From assembly GCA_965218425.1 (NCBI GenBank), contig OZ244621.1, forward strand, positions 3,136,001-3,200,000: a DNA stretch of 64,000 nt, written 5' to 3'. Position numbers and translations under genes: made by a program. The notes under the pieces are model-generated. The model had not been told where the DNA came from. It searched no databases and was given only the letters and a program-made list of their open reading frames with translations. The stretch comes from an uncultured Candidatus Binatia bacterium (GTDB lineage Bacteria; Desulfobacterota; Binatia; UBA9968; CAXXLF01). Positions 1 through 9,941 of the stretch are shown one piece after another; the stretch's first letter is position 1; each line of letters starts with the position of its first letter.

Positions 1-713
1 TGGAGAAACGATTCCAGTTGACCCACATCGTTGATCGTCTTGCCGTTGAAATCGGTGATAATGTCACCCCTCTGAAATCCCGCCTTTGAGGCGGTGCCCC
101 CTGACTCCACATCCGCCACCAGAACTCCGCTCTGCGCTCGGAGGTTAAACAGCGCCGCAAGCTCCCTGGTTAGGTCTTGGATGTAAAAGCCAAAAATTTT
201 CCGCACCCCTTGCGCCTCTTTGAGGGAGGCAGATAATTTCCCGGCCTTTGCCAATACCTCAGGTGAGGCATAGATTGGTGCCCCCTGGCGTAAGGCAATT
301 GCGATGGCGTCGCTGGGACGGGAATCAATCTGAAGGTTTTTGCCTTTGAGCTTTAGAGTGATGACTGCGTAATAGGTATTGTTTTTCAGATCAGTGATGG
401 TGACCCGATCAAAGGAAGCTCCAAGCCCCTTGACGATATTGCCGATGAGATCATGGGTGTTGGGGCGGGGGATCTTCACATGTTGCAGTTCCATGGCAAT
501 GGATGTGGCTTCCGCCTTGCCGATCCAAATGGGGATAAACCTTTTTTCCTTAAGGCTCTCAAGAACCACTACGGGTGTTTTGCTCGATGGGTCCAGTAAA
601 AGTCTCTTGACCTTCAACTTCACGGTTTCGACCTGGGCAGAGCTGGAGGCGGGCGGGACTAGGGCAAGCAGGCACGTGATAGCCAGGGCTCTTGCTAAAT
701 AATTAGTTTTCAT
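1..713 (-). CDS. Bifunctional nuclease (DUF151/BFN) domain fused to a C-terminal PDZ domain, with an N-terminal signal peptide; runs off the window start
   Basis: Manual translation from ATG 713 (SD GAGGAGGAG): MKTNYLARALAITCLLALVPPASSSAQ... then BFN motifs PIWIGKAEA, RPNTHDL, DSRPSDAIAIAL, then PDZ-like GVLVADVESGGTASKAGFQRGDIITDFNG. Missing from the ORF track because no stop lies in the window. Confidence 0.85.
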   Translation of the reverse strand, partial: MKTNYLARALAITCLLALVPPASSSAQVETVKLKVKRLLLDPSSKTPVVVLESLKEKRFIPIWIGKAEATSIAMELQHVKIPRPNTHDLIGNIVKGLGASFDRVTITDLKNNTYYAVITLKLKGKNLQIDSRPSDAIAIALRQGAPIYASPEVLAKAGKLSASLKEAQGVRKIFGFYIQDLTRELAALFNLRAQSGVLVADVESGGTASKAGFQRGDIITDFNGKTINDVGQLESFL

Positions 714-814
714 AGACTCCTCCTCGAGGGCCTTGGGCTCGAACTTACATTGCGTGAATAAGGCTGTCAATAGGCCTACGGAAGGTCGAGCCCTGAGTGA
801 AAAAAAGCATGGGT

Positions 815-1729
815 TCAAGCCTTTAGGGAATCCGAACCCCTTTTTCGTGTGATCCAATAGACCACGAATCCCATCAGTAAGACGACAATCCAAGTGGCTG
901 CCCCGCTGACGAATCTTGGCTCCGATCCTCCGAAGAGCAACCCCAGGTTCCTTTCATCGTAGTTACCGAACAGGGTTAGGGTCTTGCGGCCAAACACAAG
1001 GCCGGCGTGGATGCCGATGCTCAGATAGAGAGAACCCGTACGGAAATACGCGTAGCTCAGAATCATGCCGAGCAGAAAGAGGCCGAAGAAGCCGGGAAAA
1101 AGGCTCGCGGGGTCTAGAAATTGATAAAATGAATCGAGGACATGATGTGCCCCCGCCAGGGGTTCAAGATCGGTGAGAAAATACTTCTTGGCTGGCTTGA
1201 TAAAATGAACGGCGGAATACAAAAGGCTGGTGCAGACGAAGGCAAAGGGTTTTTTCCAGTCAGCGAGAAGCCCCTTAAAGATGATGCCACGAAAGAAAAT
1301 TTCCTCTAACATCCCCACCGCCACCCCCGACAGCAGAGCTGATAGTGAACGCCCAATGGATACCTGCAAAGAACGGGCAATATACGGGGAAAATACGTCC
1401 AGCGAAGACATAGCCACGGCCAGCATGATCCACGAGACCAGCGCGAGAAGGACTCCCCAAAGGAGATCCGGGTATCCCAAGCGAATGGACTTAAGACCCA
1501 TTTGATTCATGGATTCGATCTTGAGAAAGGGACGGTAGGCAAAAAAGAGTATAATGCCGAGGGTCATATACGTGCGGTCAAAGATTCGCGAGAAGGGGAA
1601 CCGATACTTCTCCCATTGTGGAAACGCATCGAAGAAACGATCCCAAAGAACAGCGAACCACGGACTGAGAAGGGCCGTGAGGAACAGGACCACAAGAAGA
1701 AAGAGAAGAATCCGTTGATAGCTTTTCAT
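815..1729 (-). CDS. CPBP/Abi (CAAX protease-like) intramembrane glutamic endopeptidase
   Basis: Multiple TM segments; EEIFFRG, YSAVH and IGIHAG motifs. Confidence 0.85.
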   Translation of the reverse strand: MKSYQRILLFLLVVLFLTALLSPWFAVLWDRFFDAFPQWEKYRFPFSRIFDRTYMTLGIILFFAYRPFLKIESMNQMGLKSIRLGYPDLLWGVLLALVSWIMLAVAMSSLDVFSPYIARSLQVSIGRSLSALLSGVAVGMLEEIFFRGIIFKGLLADWKKPFAFVCTSLLYSAVHFIKPAKKYFLTDLEPLAGAHHVLDSFYQFLDPASLFPGFFGLFLLGMILSYAYFRTGSLYLSIGIHAGLVFGRKTLTLFGNYDERNLGLLFGGSEPRFVSGAATWIVVLLMGFVVYWITRKRGSDSLKA

Positions 1730-1860
1730 GAAACCAGATTAAATGGGGCAAGCGAAGTGCAAGCGCGATGCACTGCAAAGAGAGAAGAGCACTCGGTAAG
1801 GATACCTGTGTAGTGTTTCAGATACAAGCTCTCCTCGGGGAACGAGTCTTCAGGTCGCGT

Positions 1861-1950
1861 GGGCAACAGGCCGGTGAATATCTGAAGCTGAACGTTGGAT
1901 GCCCGAGCCCTTGATTCTCATTCCCCTTGGAGCCAAGTGAGTGGCGAAGG
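1861..1950 (+). repeat. Dispersed structured repeat, copy A (upstream of mutL)
   Basis: 35-nt exact match GCCGGTGAATATCTGAAGCTGAACGTTGGATGCCC (1870-1904) with 4050-4084. Confidence 0.8.
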
Positions 1951-2207
1951 GAGCCTGGCACGAAGGCAGGGAGACGTCCGATACGAAGGGACGGCAGATC
2001 CTGCCTCGGCATGCTCACACTCTTGCGTCGCCACGATTCTCCGTTCACGCATCGAGACTTTAGCATTGCAGCCCGCTATTTCTTGACCTGCTCTAAACCT
2101 CTGGGCTATGCTTTGGAAACCTCGAACGTTCGTGGCGTAGGATCAGAATCAGGACGTGAAACGTGGAGTCTTACTGGTCCCGATGGTGGGAAAGGTGACG
2201 CCGGTCC

Positions 2208-3950
2208 GTGAGCATTAAACTTCTTTCTGACAACTTGATCAGCCGTATTGCAGCCGGTGAGGTGGTGGAACGACCAGCCTCAGTGGTCAAGGAATTGGTG
2301 GAAAACTCTCTGGATGCGGGAGCCGATGAGGTCTCGGTATGGATTGAAGGGAGCGGGACCATTTCCATCCGGGTGACCGATAACGGAGCAGGGATTCCTT
2401 TGGAGGACATGGCCTTGGCCGTGGAGAGCCATGCCACCAGCAAGTTGAAGGAGGAAAGTGACCTGTTGAATATTGCCACTCTCGGTTTTCGCGGGGAGGC
2501 GTTATCGAGTATCGCTTCAGTATCCAAGGTGGAGCTCCTATCTCGAACTCAAGACCACGAGATGGGAAGCCGATTGCGGGTGGAAGGTGGGACAAACCTC
2601 CAGCCGGCCAGGGTGGGGTGTCCTGTGGGAACCACCGTAGAGGTGCGTGACCTGTTCTACAATATCCCTGCGAGACGAAAATTTCTGAAGTCACCGTCTA
2701 CGGAGCTAGGCCATATTAGTGATGTGATTAACCGTTTAGCCCTATCTTACCGTCACGTTCATTTTCGTCTTTACCATGCGGGCAAGACGCTTTCTGACTA
2801 CGTAGTAACCTCACATTGGGAGGATCGTCTGCAACAGGTCCTGGGTCCTGACGTTTCTGGCAACATGGTTCCACTGGATGGCACCAATGGATCGGTGAAG
2901 ATCTCCGGGTATTTGAGCGCCGCCCCAAGCTCCTTTTCCAACGCTCGTTATTTGTTGTCGTTTGTCAACCAACGTTTCGTCCGGGACAAGATTATCACCC
3001 ACGCAATTGTTCAAGGATATGAGACCTTGCTGATGAAAGGGCGGTATCCCGCCGTGGTGCTTTTTCTCGCGGTTCCTTTTGGAGAGGTGGACGTCAACGT
3101 GCATCCAGCGAAGTTGGAGGTTCGTTTCAAAAAACAATCTGAAATCCACGATGCGGTTGTGAGAACGATCCGTGGCAGCTTAAAAAGGGAAGCTAAAAGA
3201 CCTGGGACCAATACGAGTCCGGGCAATTGGCCGCTCCATACCAACGTGCGAGAGGGGCCAGTACCCTACGGGACTTTCTCGAGAGATAGCCTTCGTTTGT
3301 TTCGAAACGATTTATTTAGTGATGATCACGCCGAGACCCCGTCCGGCTCGGAAAGTATAGGTAAGGGATTCTTTTCATCACTAACCATCCTGGGTCAGCT
3401 CCTTGGGTGTTACATTGTCTGTCAGTCCGAGAAGGGGATGGCTTTGGTTGATCAGCACGCGGCCCACGAACGTGTTGCCTTTGAGAGGATGCGCCAGCAG
3501 ATAGCCCAGGGAAACATGGAACGGCAGGACCTTTTGATCCCGCAGGTATTTGAGCTTCCCTTGGCTGAAGCTGCAATTCTTGGTCAATGGATTGGCGCTC
3601 TCGAGCATCTCGGTTTTACGGTGGAAGGGTTCGGGGGTGACAGCTTCGCCATCAAAACCGTTCCGGCACTGTTCCCCGCCGGCGACTACCGCGACGTTAT
3701 GCGCAGAATGGTCGCCGAGCTGACCGAGGTGGGGCACTCCACAGAATTAAACCGAGAAATGGAGGAGCGGTTAATGACCCTAGCATGCCACAATGTCATC
3801 CGTGCAAACCGAATTTTGACCAGGGAAGAAATATCTGCGCTCCTCAAGGAGCTGGATGAAATTGACTTTGCCACCCAGTGCCCCCATGGGCGTCCCGTTT
3901 TCATTGAAATTTCTCAATCCCAGATGGAGAGCATGTTCAAGAGGTCATGA
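2208..3950 (+). CDS. mutL: DNA mismatch repair protein MutL
   Basis: IAAGEVVERPASVVKELVENSLDAGA, GFRGEAL, DQHAAHER and CPHGRP motifs. Confidence 0.98.
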   Translation: MSIKLLSDNLISRIAAGEVVERPASVVKELVENSLDAGADEVSVWIEGSGTISIRVTDNGAGIPLEDMALAVESHATSKLKEESDLLNIATLGFRGEALSSIASVSKVELLSRTQDHEMGSRLRVEGGTNLQPARVGCPVGTTVEVRDLFYNIPARRKFLKSPSTELGHISDVINRLALSYRHVHFRLYHAGKTLSDYVVTSHWEDRLQQVLGPDVSGNMVPLDGTNGSVKISGYLSAAPSSFSNARYLLSFVNQRFVRDKIITHAIVQGYETLLMKGRYPAVVLFLAVPFGEVDVNVHPAKLEVRFKKQSEIHDAVVRTIRGSLKREAKRPGTNTSPGNWPLHTNVREGPVPYGTFSRDSLRLFRNDLFSDDHAETPSGSESIGKGFFSSLTILGQLLGCYIVCQSEKGMALVDQHAAHERVAFERMRQQIAQGNMERQDLLIPQVFELPLAEAAILGQWIGALEHLGFTVEGFGGDSFAIKTVPALFPAGDYRDVMRRMVAELTEVGHSTELNREMEERLMTLACHNVIRANRILTREEISALLKELDEIDFATQCPHGRPVFIEISQSQMESMFKRS

Positions 3951-4040
3951 TGGTTCGGGAAATTGACTTCCGGATTCCCATTCGATTTACGAGTTCTGTG
4001 CCAAATCATGTTGCTCCAAGGGGAATGAGTCGCCGGGTGC

Positions 4041-4168
4041 GGGCAATAAGCCGGTGAATATCTGAAGCTGAACGTTGGATGCCCACCCCCTTACGTCTCG
4101 CTCCCCAGCGTCGCATTCCGGTTTTGGAGTGAAGGGGGCTTGTACCGAAGAAAGGGAAGGGCGTGACG
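4041..4168 (+). repeat. Dispersed structured repeat, copy B (between mutL and miaA)
   Basis: Shares a 44-nt head with copy A (2 mismatches) and ~100 nt with copy C at 20935; internal hairpin CGTCTCGCTC/GGGCGTGACG. Confidence 0.8.
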
Positions 4169-4184
4169 AACCCGGAGGGTACCT

Positions 4185-5129
4185 ATCATCGCATCCGTAA
4201 AGCCTAAAATTGTCATCATTCTCGGACCCACGGGAGTGGGCAAAAGCGAAGTCGCCATAGATGTGGCATTGGCAGTCCATGGTGAGATCATCAACGCGGA
4301 CTCGCTCCAGGTGTACCGATACCTCGACGTGGGTACAGGAAAGCCCTCGCCCGAGCAAAGGCAAAAAGTGCCTCATCACCTGATGGATCTTGTTGACCCT
4401 GACGAAGACTTTAATGTGTCGCTGTTTCGCGACTGTGCTTTGAAGGCTGAGGAGAATATCCGGTCAAGGGGTAAAAGTACCGTCGTCTGTGGGGGCACTG
4501 GACTCTACATCAAAGCCTTGGTTCACGGTCTCTTCGTTGGTCCGGGAAGGATTGCAGAGGTTCGCAAGGGGCTTGAAGAAGAGATGGAAAAAGAAGGCGT
4601 TGAAATTCTCTATGGCCGGCTAAAGCAAGTGGACCCTGACGGCGCAGCAAAAATTCACCCCCACGATCGCCAGAGAATATTACGAGGTCTGGAAGTATAC
4701 GGACATACGGGAACAGAGATCAGCCGATGGCAGGGAAGCCACGGCTTTAGAGAAAATCCTTTTGACACTTTCAAGGTAGGATTGAACCGTGATCGACAAG
4801 AGCTTTATGGCTTCATCGAGCGTCGGTGTGAAGAAATGATGGCCAAGGGTTTGGTTGCGGAAGTGGAGGGACTCGTAAGTCGCGGCTATGGTCTGGACCT
4901 CAAGCCGTTGCAAAGCGTGGGTTATCGACACGTGGGCCTGCATCTGCTGGGAGAGATGAGTTTCGACAAGGCCCTTCCCCTCATGAAGCGAGATACCCGC
5001 CGACTTGCCAAGCGCCAGTTGACCTGGTTCCGGGCCGATCAGGAAATTCATTGGTTCCACCCTGAAAAAGAGAAAAAAGAAATAATAGAGGGGGCTAGAA
5101 GATTTTTGGCCGGTTTGCCTCACCCCTAA
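4185..5129 (+). CDS. miaA: tRNA dimethylallyltransferase; start probably the non-canonical ATC at 4185 or 4188 rather than GTG 4236
   Basis: DSLQVYR, GGTGLY and AKRQLTWF motifs. The P-loop KIVIILGPTGVGKS begins upstream of GTG 4236; in-frame TGA at 4164; SD GGAGGG at 4174-4179. Confidence 0.93.
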   Translation: MIASVKPKIVIILGPTGVGKSEVAIDVALAVHGEIINADSLQVYRYLDVGTGKPSPEQRQKVPHHLMDLVDPDEDFNVSLFRDCALKAEENIRSRGKSTVVCGGTGLYIKALVHGLFVGPGRIAEVRKGLEEEMEKEGVEILYGRLKQVDPDGAAKIHPHDRQRILRGLEVYGHTGTEISRWQGSHGFRENPFDTFKVGLNRDRQELYGFIERRCEEMMAKGLVAEVEGLVSRGYGLDLKPLQSVGYRHVGLHLLGEMSFDKALPLMKRDTRRLAKRQLTWFRADQEIHWFHPEKEKKEIIEGARRFLAGLPHP

Positions 5130-5164
5130 GGTCCCCTCCCTCTTTTTTTCAATATTTGACGGAA

Positions 5165-5200
5165 AAAACTTGCTTATATATAAAAATTTGATATATAAAC
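5165..5200 (+). promoter_or_regulatory. Candidate sigma70 promoter with TATATA repeats (possible operator) upstream of the SBP gene
   Basis: AT-rich island; TTGCTT ~18 nt before TATAAA; two TATATA tracts. Confidence 0.4.
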
Positions 5201-5281
5201 TAAATCTTCTTACGTCTTAACGATTAACACATAAATCCAATAAGCCGAAATTTAACCTTTTTTCTCATAGGGAGGATATCT

Positions 5282-6379
5282 ATGAGCAATGAAAATATTG
5301 GCCAAGTTCCATTCTTGAAGATACACAGGGCATGGCTTGACTGGAACCTCAGCAATGCCGGACATAGACGAAGCTCGCTCCATCCGAGGATTCGAATTTC
5401 CTCTGCCCATGATGAATGGAATCATGTAGTGATACCCCTCATCGCCCTCGCAAAAGGTTTTTTTGCTGACGAGGGTCTTGAGGATGTGGAACTTGTGACT
5501 CTGGAAAGCGAAGGGGCAAGCCTTGAGGCCTTAAATCATGGCTTCGCAGATTTTGCCGTGGACCCGGTGACCCCCTACGTATTGAAGGCGATAAATCATG
5601 GCAATGACCTATTCATCATTGGTCCTAGACGAAGGACCCATGCTTTTTTTCTGTTCGGGCAGAGGGGTATGACATCGCCTAGGGACCTCAAGGGGGGCAA
5701 GATTAATGTGTTCACGCCGGGTGATGAAATGACCGTTCAATCCACACAGGTAATTCGCGATGCCGGTATGGTACCCAACGTGGACGTGAAAATCGACTAT
5801 TATCGGGGAGACATGCACGACATTCTCGGCATGGAGGATGCGTTCCGGCGGGGTGAGGCCCAGGGCTTACTTGCCGTAAATGTACAGGTAGACAGACTAA
5901 AGTCTGAGGGTTTTCCCATCCTCGTCAATCTTCAAGAGGCATATTTGCCACGGCAGGATAGGGTGATGGTGGCCACCGGTCGGATGGTCAACTATCATCA
6001 CAACACTGTCAAAGGATTTCTCAAAGGAATGATTCGCGCCAACCGTTATTTCATGGACAGGCGGAACAAAGACGAGATCGTTCGATTCGTGGAGGACGCT
6101 GGCTTCGATCAGATCGTGCAAGCCGATAGAAAACTATTCGAAGCGATGTTTGAAAATTCGTACACCCGGATTCCGCCGGACTGTCACCTCCCGCTGGAAG
6201 CCGTAGGGCAGGCCATAAAAGAGCAGATTGCCCAGGGAAACATTGACGAAAGCATTACGGTGGAAAGGATCGTGAGAATCAAGGCGCTGCAGGAGGCGCA
6301 GCAGGAGGTTGGGCTAACCGCATCAACGGAGCAGCCCGCCCAGATTCATGCCTCCCCCGTGGCGGTTGCCCCTGCCTGA
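5282..6379 (+). CDS. NMT1/THI5/SsuA-like ABC substrate-binding-fold protein (orphan, no clear signal peptide)
   Basis: IALAKGFFADEGLEDVELV, SPRDLKGGKI and VKGFLKGMIRA patterns; SD GGAGG. Confidence 0.8.
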   Translation: MSNENIGQVPFLKIHRAWLDWNLSNAGHRRSSLHPRIRISSAHDEWNHVVIPLIALAKGFFADEGLEDVELVTLESEGASLEALNHGFADFAVDPVTPYVLKAINHGNDLFIIGPRRRTHAFFLFGQRGMTSPRDLKGGKINVFTPGDEMTVQSTQVIRDAGMVPNVDVKIDYYRGDMHDILGMEDAFRRGEAQGLLAVNVQVDRLKSEGFPILVNLQEAYLPRQDRVMVATGRMVNYHHNTVKGFLKGMIRANRYFMDRRNKDEIVRFVEDAGFDQIVQADRKLFEAMFENSYTRIPPDCHLPLEAVGQAIKEQIAQGNIDESITVERIVRIKALQEAQQEVGLTASTEQPAQIHASPVAVAPA

Positions 6380-6553
6380 ACAGTCAATTTGTGAACCCGG
6401 CTCCCTGTACACTACCTGTCCAGAGCTTCTCCATGGACCTGGAGGCTCTCCACAGGCAGGTCAGAGGACGGATGGAACAGGGTTTACGGGAAGGGTGAGT
6501 GGGTAGCTCTGAGAGAAGATTCCCTGTGGGAGTCGATGGCGGGGTTTTCTTCT

Positions 6554-7489
6554 TCAATTGCCGTTGAGCTCGTTGTATATGAGCGTGACAAGTTTTTCCT
6601 TGGTGAAGAAACGGGTCTTCCCCCATCGAGCGTCGTAATTGGCAGTGGGTTTGGCGGCAAGGGTCTCTTCGAGAGATTTGCCGTTATGGATGAGCCCTTG
6701 AACCCCGTTGCCAATAGCCACCAGCATGTCTCGATAAGCCATCATTACCTGTTTGTTAGACACAACGCCGTGGCCTGGAATGACCTTGGTGTTCGAGTCA
6801 GCGAGTCCAATCGAGAAATTCATCGCCTCTACCATTCCTTTGAATGTTCCCCCATGGGCTTTGTCGATGAACGGGTAGCTGGTGGTTCGGAAAACGTCTC
6901 CCATGTGAATCACATTGGAGCCTTTGAAGTGAACAATGCTATCCCCGTCCGTATGGGCATTGGGCACCTTGAGTACCTGTACTTCTTCACCCTTGAGGTG
7001 AAAAGTAACGGTGTCATTAAAGGTAATCAGAGGTAGGGCCTCCCTGGGTTTCCCGGAATCCCTTTGACCCGTGCGGCGGTTGATCAGGCCTTCCTCCAGC
7101 CGGCCACGAACCGTATCGTGGGAAAATATCAGCGTGCCCATTTTGCCGAAATTCTCGTTGCCACCGGTGTGGTCGCCGTGGATATGGGTATTGATGAGAA
7201 AACGGATGTCCTTGTCTGAAAGCTTGCGTATGGCAGCAACGATCTTTTTTGTGAGGGGAGCGAATTGATCGTCAACGAGGAAAACGCCTTCCTCGCCGAT
7301 GGAGGCACCGATGTTCCCGCCCCTGCCTTGGAGCATGTGGACGGTACCCGCCACCGGACGGGTTTTTATTTCTACATCGTCAAAGTTCCGGCGGCGTTGA
7401 CCCTGGGATTCGGTGGCAAGGCCAAACAGCACCAGCCAGGTAAAAAGGACTGTGAAAGAGGACACACGCAACGGGAAGGTAAAAGACAT
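6554..7489 (-). CDS. Secreted MBL-fold metallo-hydrolase (cyclase/glyoxalase II-like)
   Basis: THIHGDHTGGN, AHTDGD, HMGD and IPGHG motifs; N-terminal signal peptide. Confidence 0.9.
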   Translation of the reverse strand: MSFTFPLRVSSFTVLFTWLVLFGLATESQGQRRRNFDDVEIKTRPVAGTVHMLQGRGGNIGASIGEEGVFLVDDQFAPLTKKIVAAIRKLSDKDIRFLINTHIHGDHTGGNENFGKMGTLIFSHDTVRGRLEEGLINRRTGQRDSGKPREALPLITFNDTVTFHLKGEEVQVLKVPNAHTDGDSIVHFKGSNVIHMGDVFRTTSYPFIDKAHGGTFKGMVEAMNFSIGLADSNTKVIPGHGVVSNKQVMMAYRDMLVAIGNGVQGLIHNGKSLEETLAAKPTANYDARWGKTRFFTKEKLVTLIYNELNGN

Positions 7490-7741
7490 TTGATTCCTCC
7501 AGAATGATCGAAAATTATTGAAGTTCGAGTCAAATGGTGATTTGAATCCACGTCATTAGCATTAGACAGGGAAAGGTTCCTCTTCTTTGAGCTTGGCGAA
7601 TGAATAGGATGGCTGGAAAGATGAGGTGAAATCCGCGCCGCCGTTTTTTCCGTTTGGGGTGCTTCTCTTTGCATTTGCTTAGAAATTAAGCTAGGTTAGG
7701 GCGTCTGGCGCGTTCTTTTATGAAAAGGATTTGGCGCCCAT

Positions 7742-8830
7742 GTGAGGTTTTCATTGGCACGTACAGAGTCGGTGGATGGGCTCAGAAAAAAAATAGACCA
7801 AGTCGATGCAAAGATCCTAAAGCTTCTCAACCAAAGGGCCGGCCTTGCCCAGAAAATTGGGCACGCAAAGAGTGTCGGGAATGATGAGATCTATGCCCCC
7901 AGTCGTGAAAAGGCAATCTTTCAAAGAATCACCAGCCTAAATCAAGGACCGTTACCTGAGCAAGCGGTCCGTTCCATTTACAGGGAAATTCTTTCCGCCT
8001 CTCGATCCCTTGAGGCTTCAATTCGGGTGGCCTACCTTGGTCCGGAGGCGACCTTCACCCATATGGCCGCAAGAGAGCGGTTCGGTCTATCCAGCGCCTT
8101 TCTCCCCGCAGCGAGTATCAGTGATGTCTTCCACGAGGTAAGCCAAGGGAGAGCCGACTACGGCGTGGTGCCCATCGAAAACTCCACAGAAGGCGTGGTT
8201 ACCCATACGCTGGATATGTTGGTAGAAGCGGACGTTAAAATTAGCGCCGAGGTATCCCTTGAGATTCACCAATGCCTGATGTCAAAGTCCGGCGATGGTG
8301 ACCAGATCCGGCGTATCGTGTCCCATTCCCAGGCCCTGGCTCAGTGCCGTCGATGGCTGTTAAGCCATTTCCCTCATCTATCCGCTAGCGACGTGACGAG
8401 CACTGCACAGGCGGCACAGATGGCAGCCGAGGACCCATCCCTGGGGGCCATTGCCAGCGCCCTAGCCGGTGAGATCTATGGATTACGGGTGGTGGAAGAA
8501 AATATTGAAGATCAGGTAAATAATGTGACTCGTTTCTTTGTCATTGGAAATCACCCCTCCCGACCCAGCGGTGACGATAAGACCTCCGTCGTATTTTCGG
8601 TCAAGGATGAGGTGGGGATACTCCACCGAATGTTGGAACCTTTCGCCAAGAACAAGGTTAACTTAACCAAGATCGAGTCTCGCCCTTTAAAGAATAAAAC
8701 TTGGGAGTATCTTTTTTTTCTAGATTTTAACGGGCACAGGGATGAGCCAAAGATCCGCAAGGCACTGAAGCAACTCGAGGAGAGGTGTGTTTTTGTAAAG
8801 GTTCTTGGATCCTATCCTTACGGGTTATGA
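7742..8830 (+). CDS. pheA: Chorismate mutase/prephenate dehydratase (P-protein)
   Basis: CM domain LRKKIDQVD; PIENSTEG, TRF and ESRP motifs. Confidence 0.97.
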   Translation: MRFSLARTESVDGLRKKIDQVDAKILKLLNQRAGLAQKIGHAKSVGNDEIYAPSREKAIFQRITSLNQGPLPEQAVRSIYREILSASRSLEASIRVAYLGPEATFTHMAARERFGLSSAFLPAASISDVFHEVSQGRADYGVVPIENSTEGVVTHTLDMLVEADVKISAEVSLEIHQCLMSKSGDGDQIRRIVSHSQALAQCRRWLLSHFPHLSASDVTSTAQAAQMAAEDPSLGAIASALAGEIYGLRVVEENIEDQVNNVTRFFVIGNHPSRPSGDDKTSVVFSVKDEVGILHRMLEPFAKNKVNLTKIESRPLKNKTWEYLFFLDFNGHRDEPKIRKALKQLEERCVFVKVLGSYPYGL

Positions 8831-9936
8831 ACATTACCGATAAAGTTCCAGGCTATGTCCGCAACCTGATCCCGTACAATCCCGGCAAGCCCATAGAAGA
8901 GGTGGAAAGGGAATACGGTATAGAGGGTTGCGTCAAATTGGCATCCAATGAAAACCCCCTGGGTCCGTCCCCCAAGGCCTTGAAAGCCTTGGCCGGGCGG
9001 TTGACTGAGCTCAACCTTTATCCGGATGGCGACTGCTTTAACTTGAAACGAGGACTGGCGGCGAAGTTAAACGTTGCGGACACCCAATTAATCTTTGGCA
9101 ATGGTTCAAACGAGATCATCGAGTTGGCCGTGCGGACCTTCATGGGTCCGGGGAGTGAAGCGATCATGGATCAATTTGCCTTCTCCATCTTTCGCCTGGT
9201 GGTGCAGGCTGCGGGGGGGCAGAGCAAGGTTGTTCCGTCAAAGAATTTTACTGTTGATCTCGAGGCCATGTCCCGTGCGGTAACGCCAAAAACTCGAATC
9301 ATGTTTTTGGCCAATCCCAACAATCCAACCGGTACGATCTACCGTAAAGGCGAATGGGAAAAGTTTCTAGAAGGGATGGAGCGCGAAATTCTACTGGTTG
9401 TGGATGAGGCCTATTTTGAATACGTCAAGGAGGCCGACTATCCCGACTCCCTGTCCTATGGCAGCGAGAAGCGGTCCATTTTAACCTTGCGTACCTTTTC
9501 CAAGATATATGGTCTTGCGGGCCTGAGGATTGGTTACGGGGTGGGAACGGAGGAGATCATCGGTCTTATGCACCGGGTCCGGCAACCCTTTAACGTCAAC
9601 GCTGTGGCCCAGTGGGCCGCATTGGCGGCTCTGGAGGACCATGAATACATTAAGCGGACGCTGGCCGTTACCCAGGAGGGAATGCGGTACTTGAGCAATG
9701 AAATAAAAAACTTAGGACTAGAGCAAGTGCCCAGCTATGCGAATTTTATTCTCGTTCGTGTGGGAAGCGGGCAGAATTGCTTCCAACAGCTTTTGCGGCG
9801 CGGGGTCATCGTGCGGCCCATGGATGGGTATGATTTGCCAGAATACGTTCGTGTGACCGTTGGCTCCATGGAAGAGAATAGACGGTTTATACAGGAGCTC
9901 GGGTCGATTGTTGGATCCACGGGGAGTTCTAAATAG
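8827..9936 (+). CDS. hisC: Histidinol-phosphate/aromatic aminotransferase
   Basis: KLASNENPLG, NPNNPTG, DEAY and RTFSKIYGLAGLRIG motifs; ATGA overlap with pheA. Confidence 0.96.
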   Translation: MNITDKVPGYVRNLIPYNPGKPIEEVEREYGIEGCVKLASNENPLGPSPKALKALAGRLTELNLYPDGDCFNLKRGLAAKLNVADTQLIFGNGSNEIIELAVRTFMGPGSEAIMDQFAFSIFRLVVQAAGGQSKVVPSKNFTVDLEAMSRAVTPKTRIMFLANPNNPTGTIYRKGEWEKFLEGMEREILLVVDEAYFEYVKEADYPDSLSYGSEKRSILTLRTFSKIYGLAGLRIGYGVGTEEIIGLMHRVRQPFNVNAVAQWAALAALEDHEYIKRTLAVTQEGMRYLSNEIKNLGLEQVPSYANFILVRVGSGQNCFQQLLRRGVIVRPMDGYDLPEYVRVTVGSMEENRRFIQELGSIVGSTGSSK

Positions 9937-9941
9937 GGACT

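Noticed and set aside
379..702. 107-aa plus-strand ORF and the many other short antisense ORFs over core genes
   Set aside because: Antisense or alternate-frame shadows of well-supported genes
1861..4168. CRISPR array
   Set aside because: The 35-nt repeats are kilobases apart with no spacer periodicity and no cas genes
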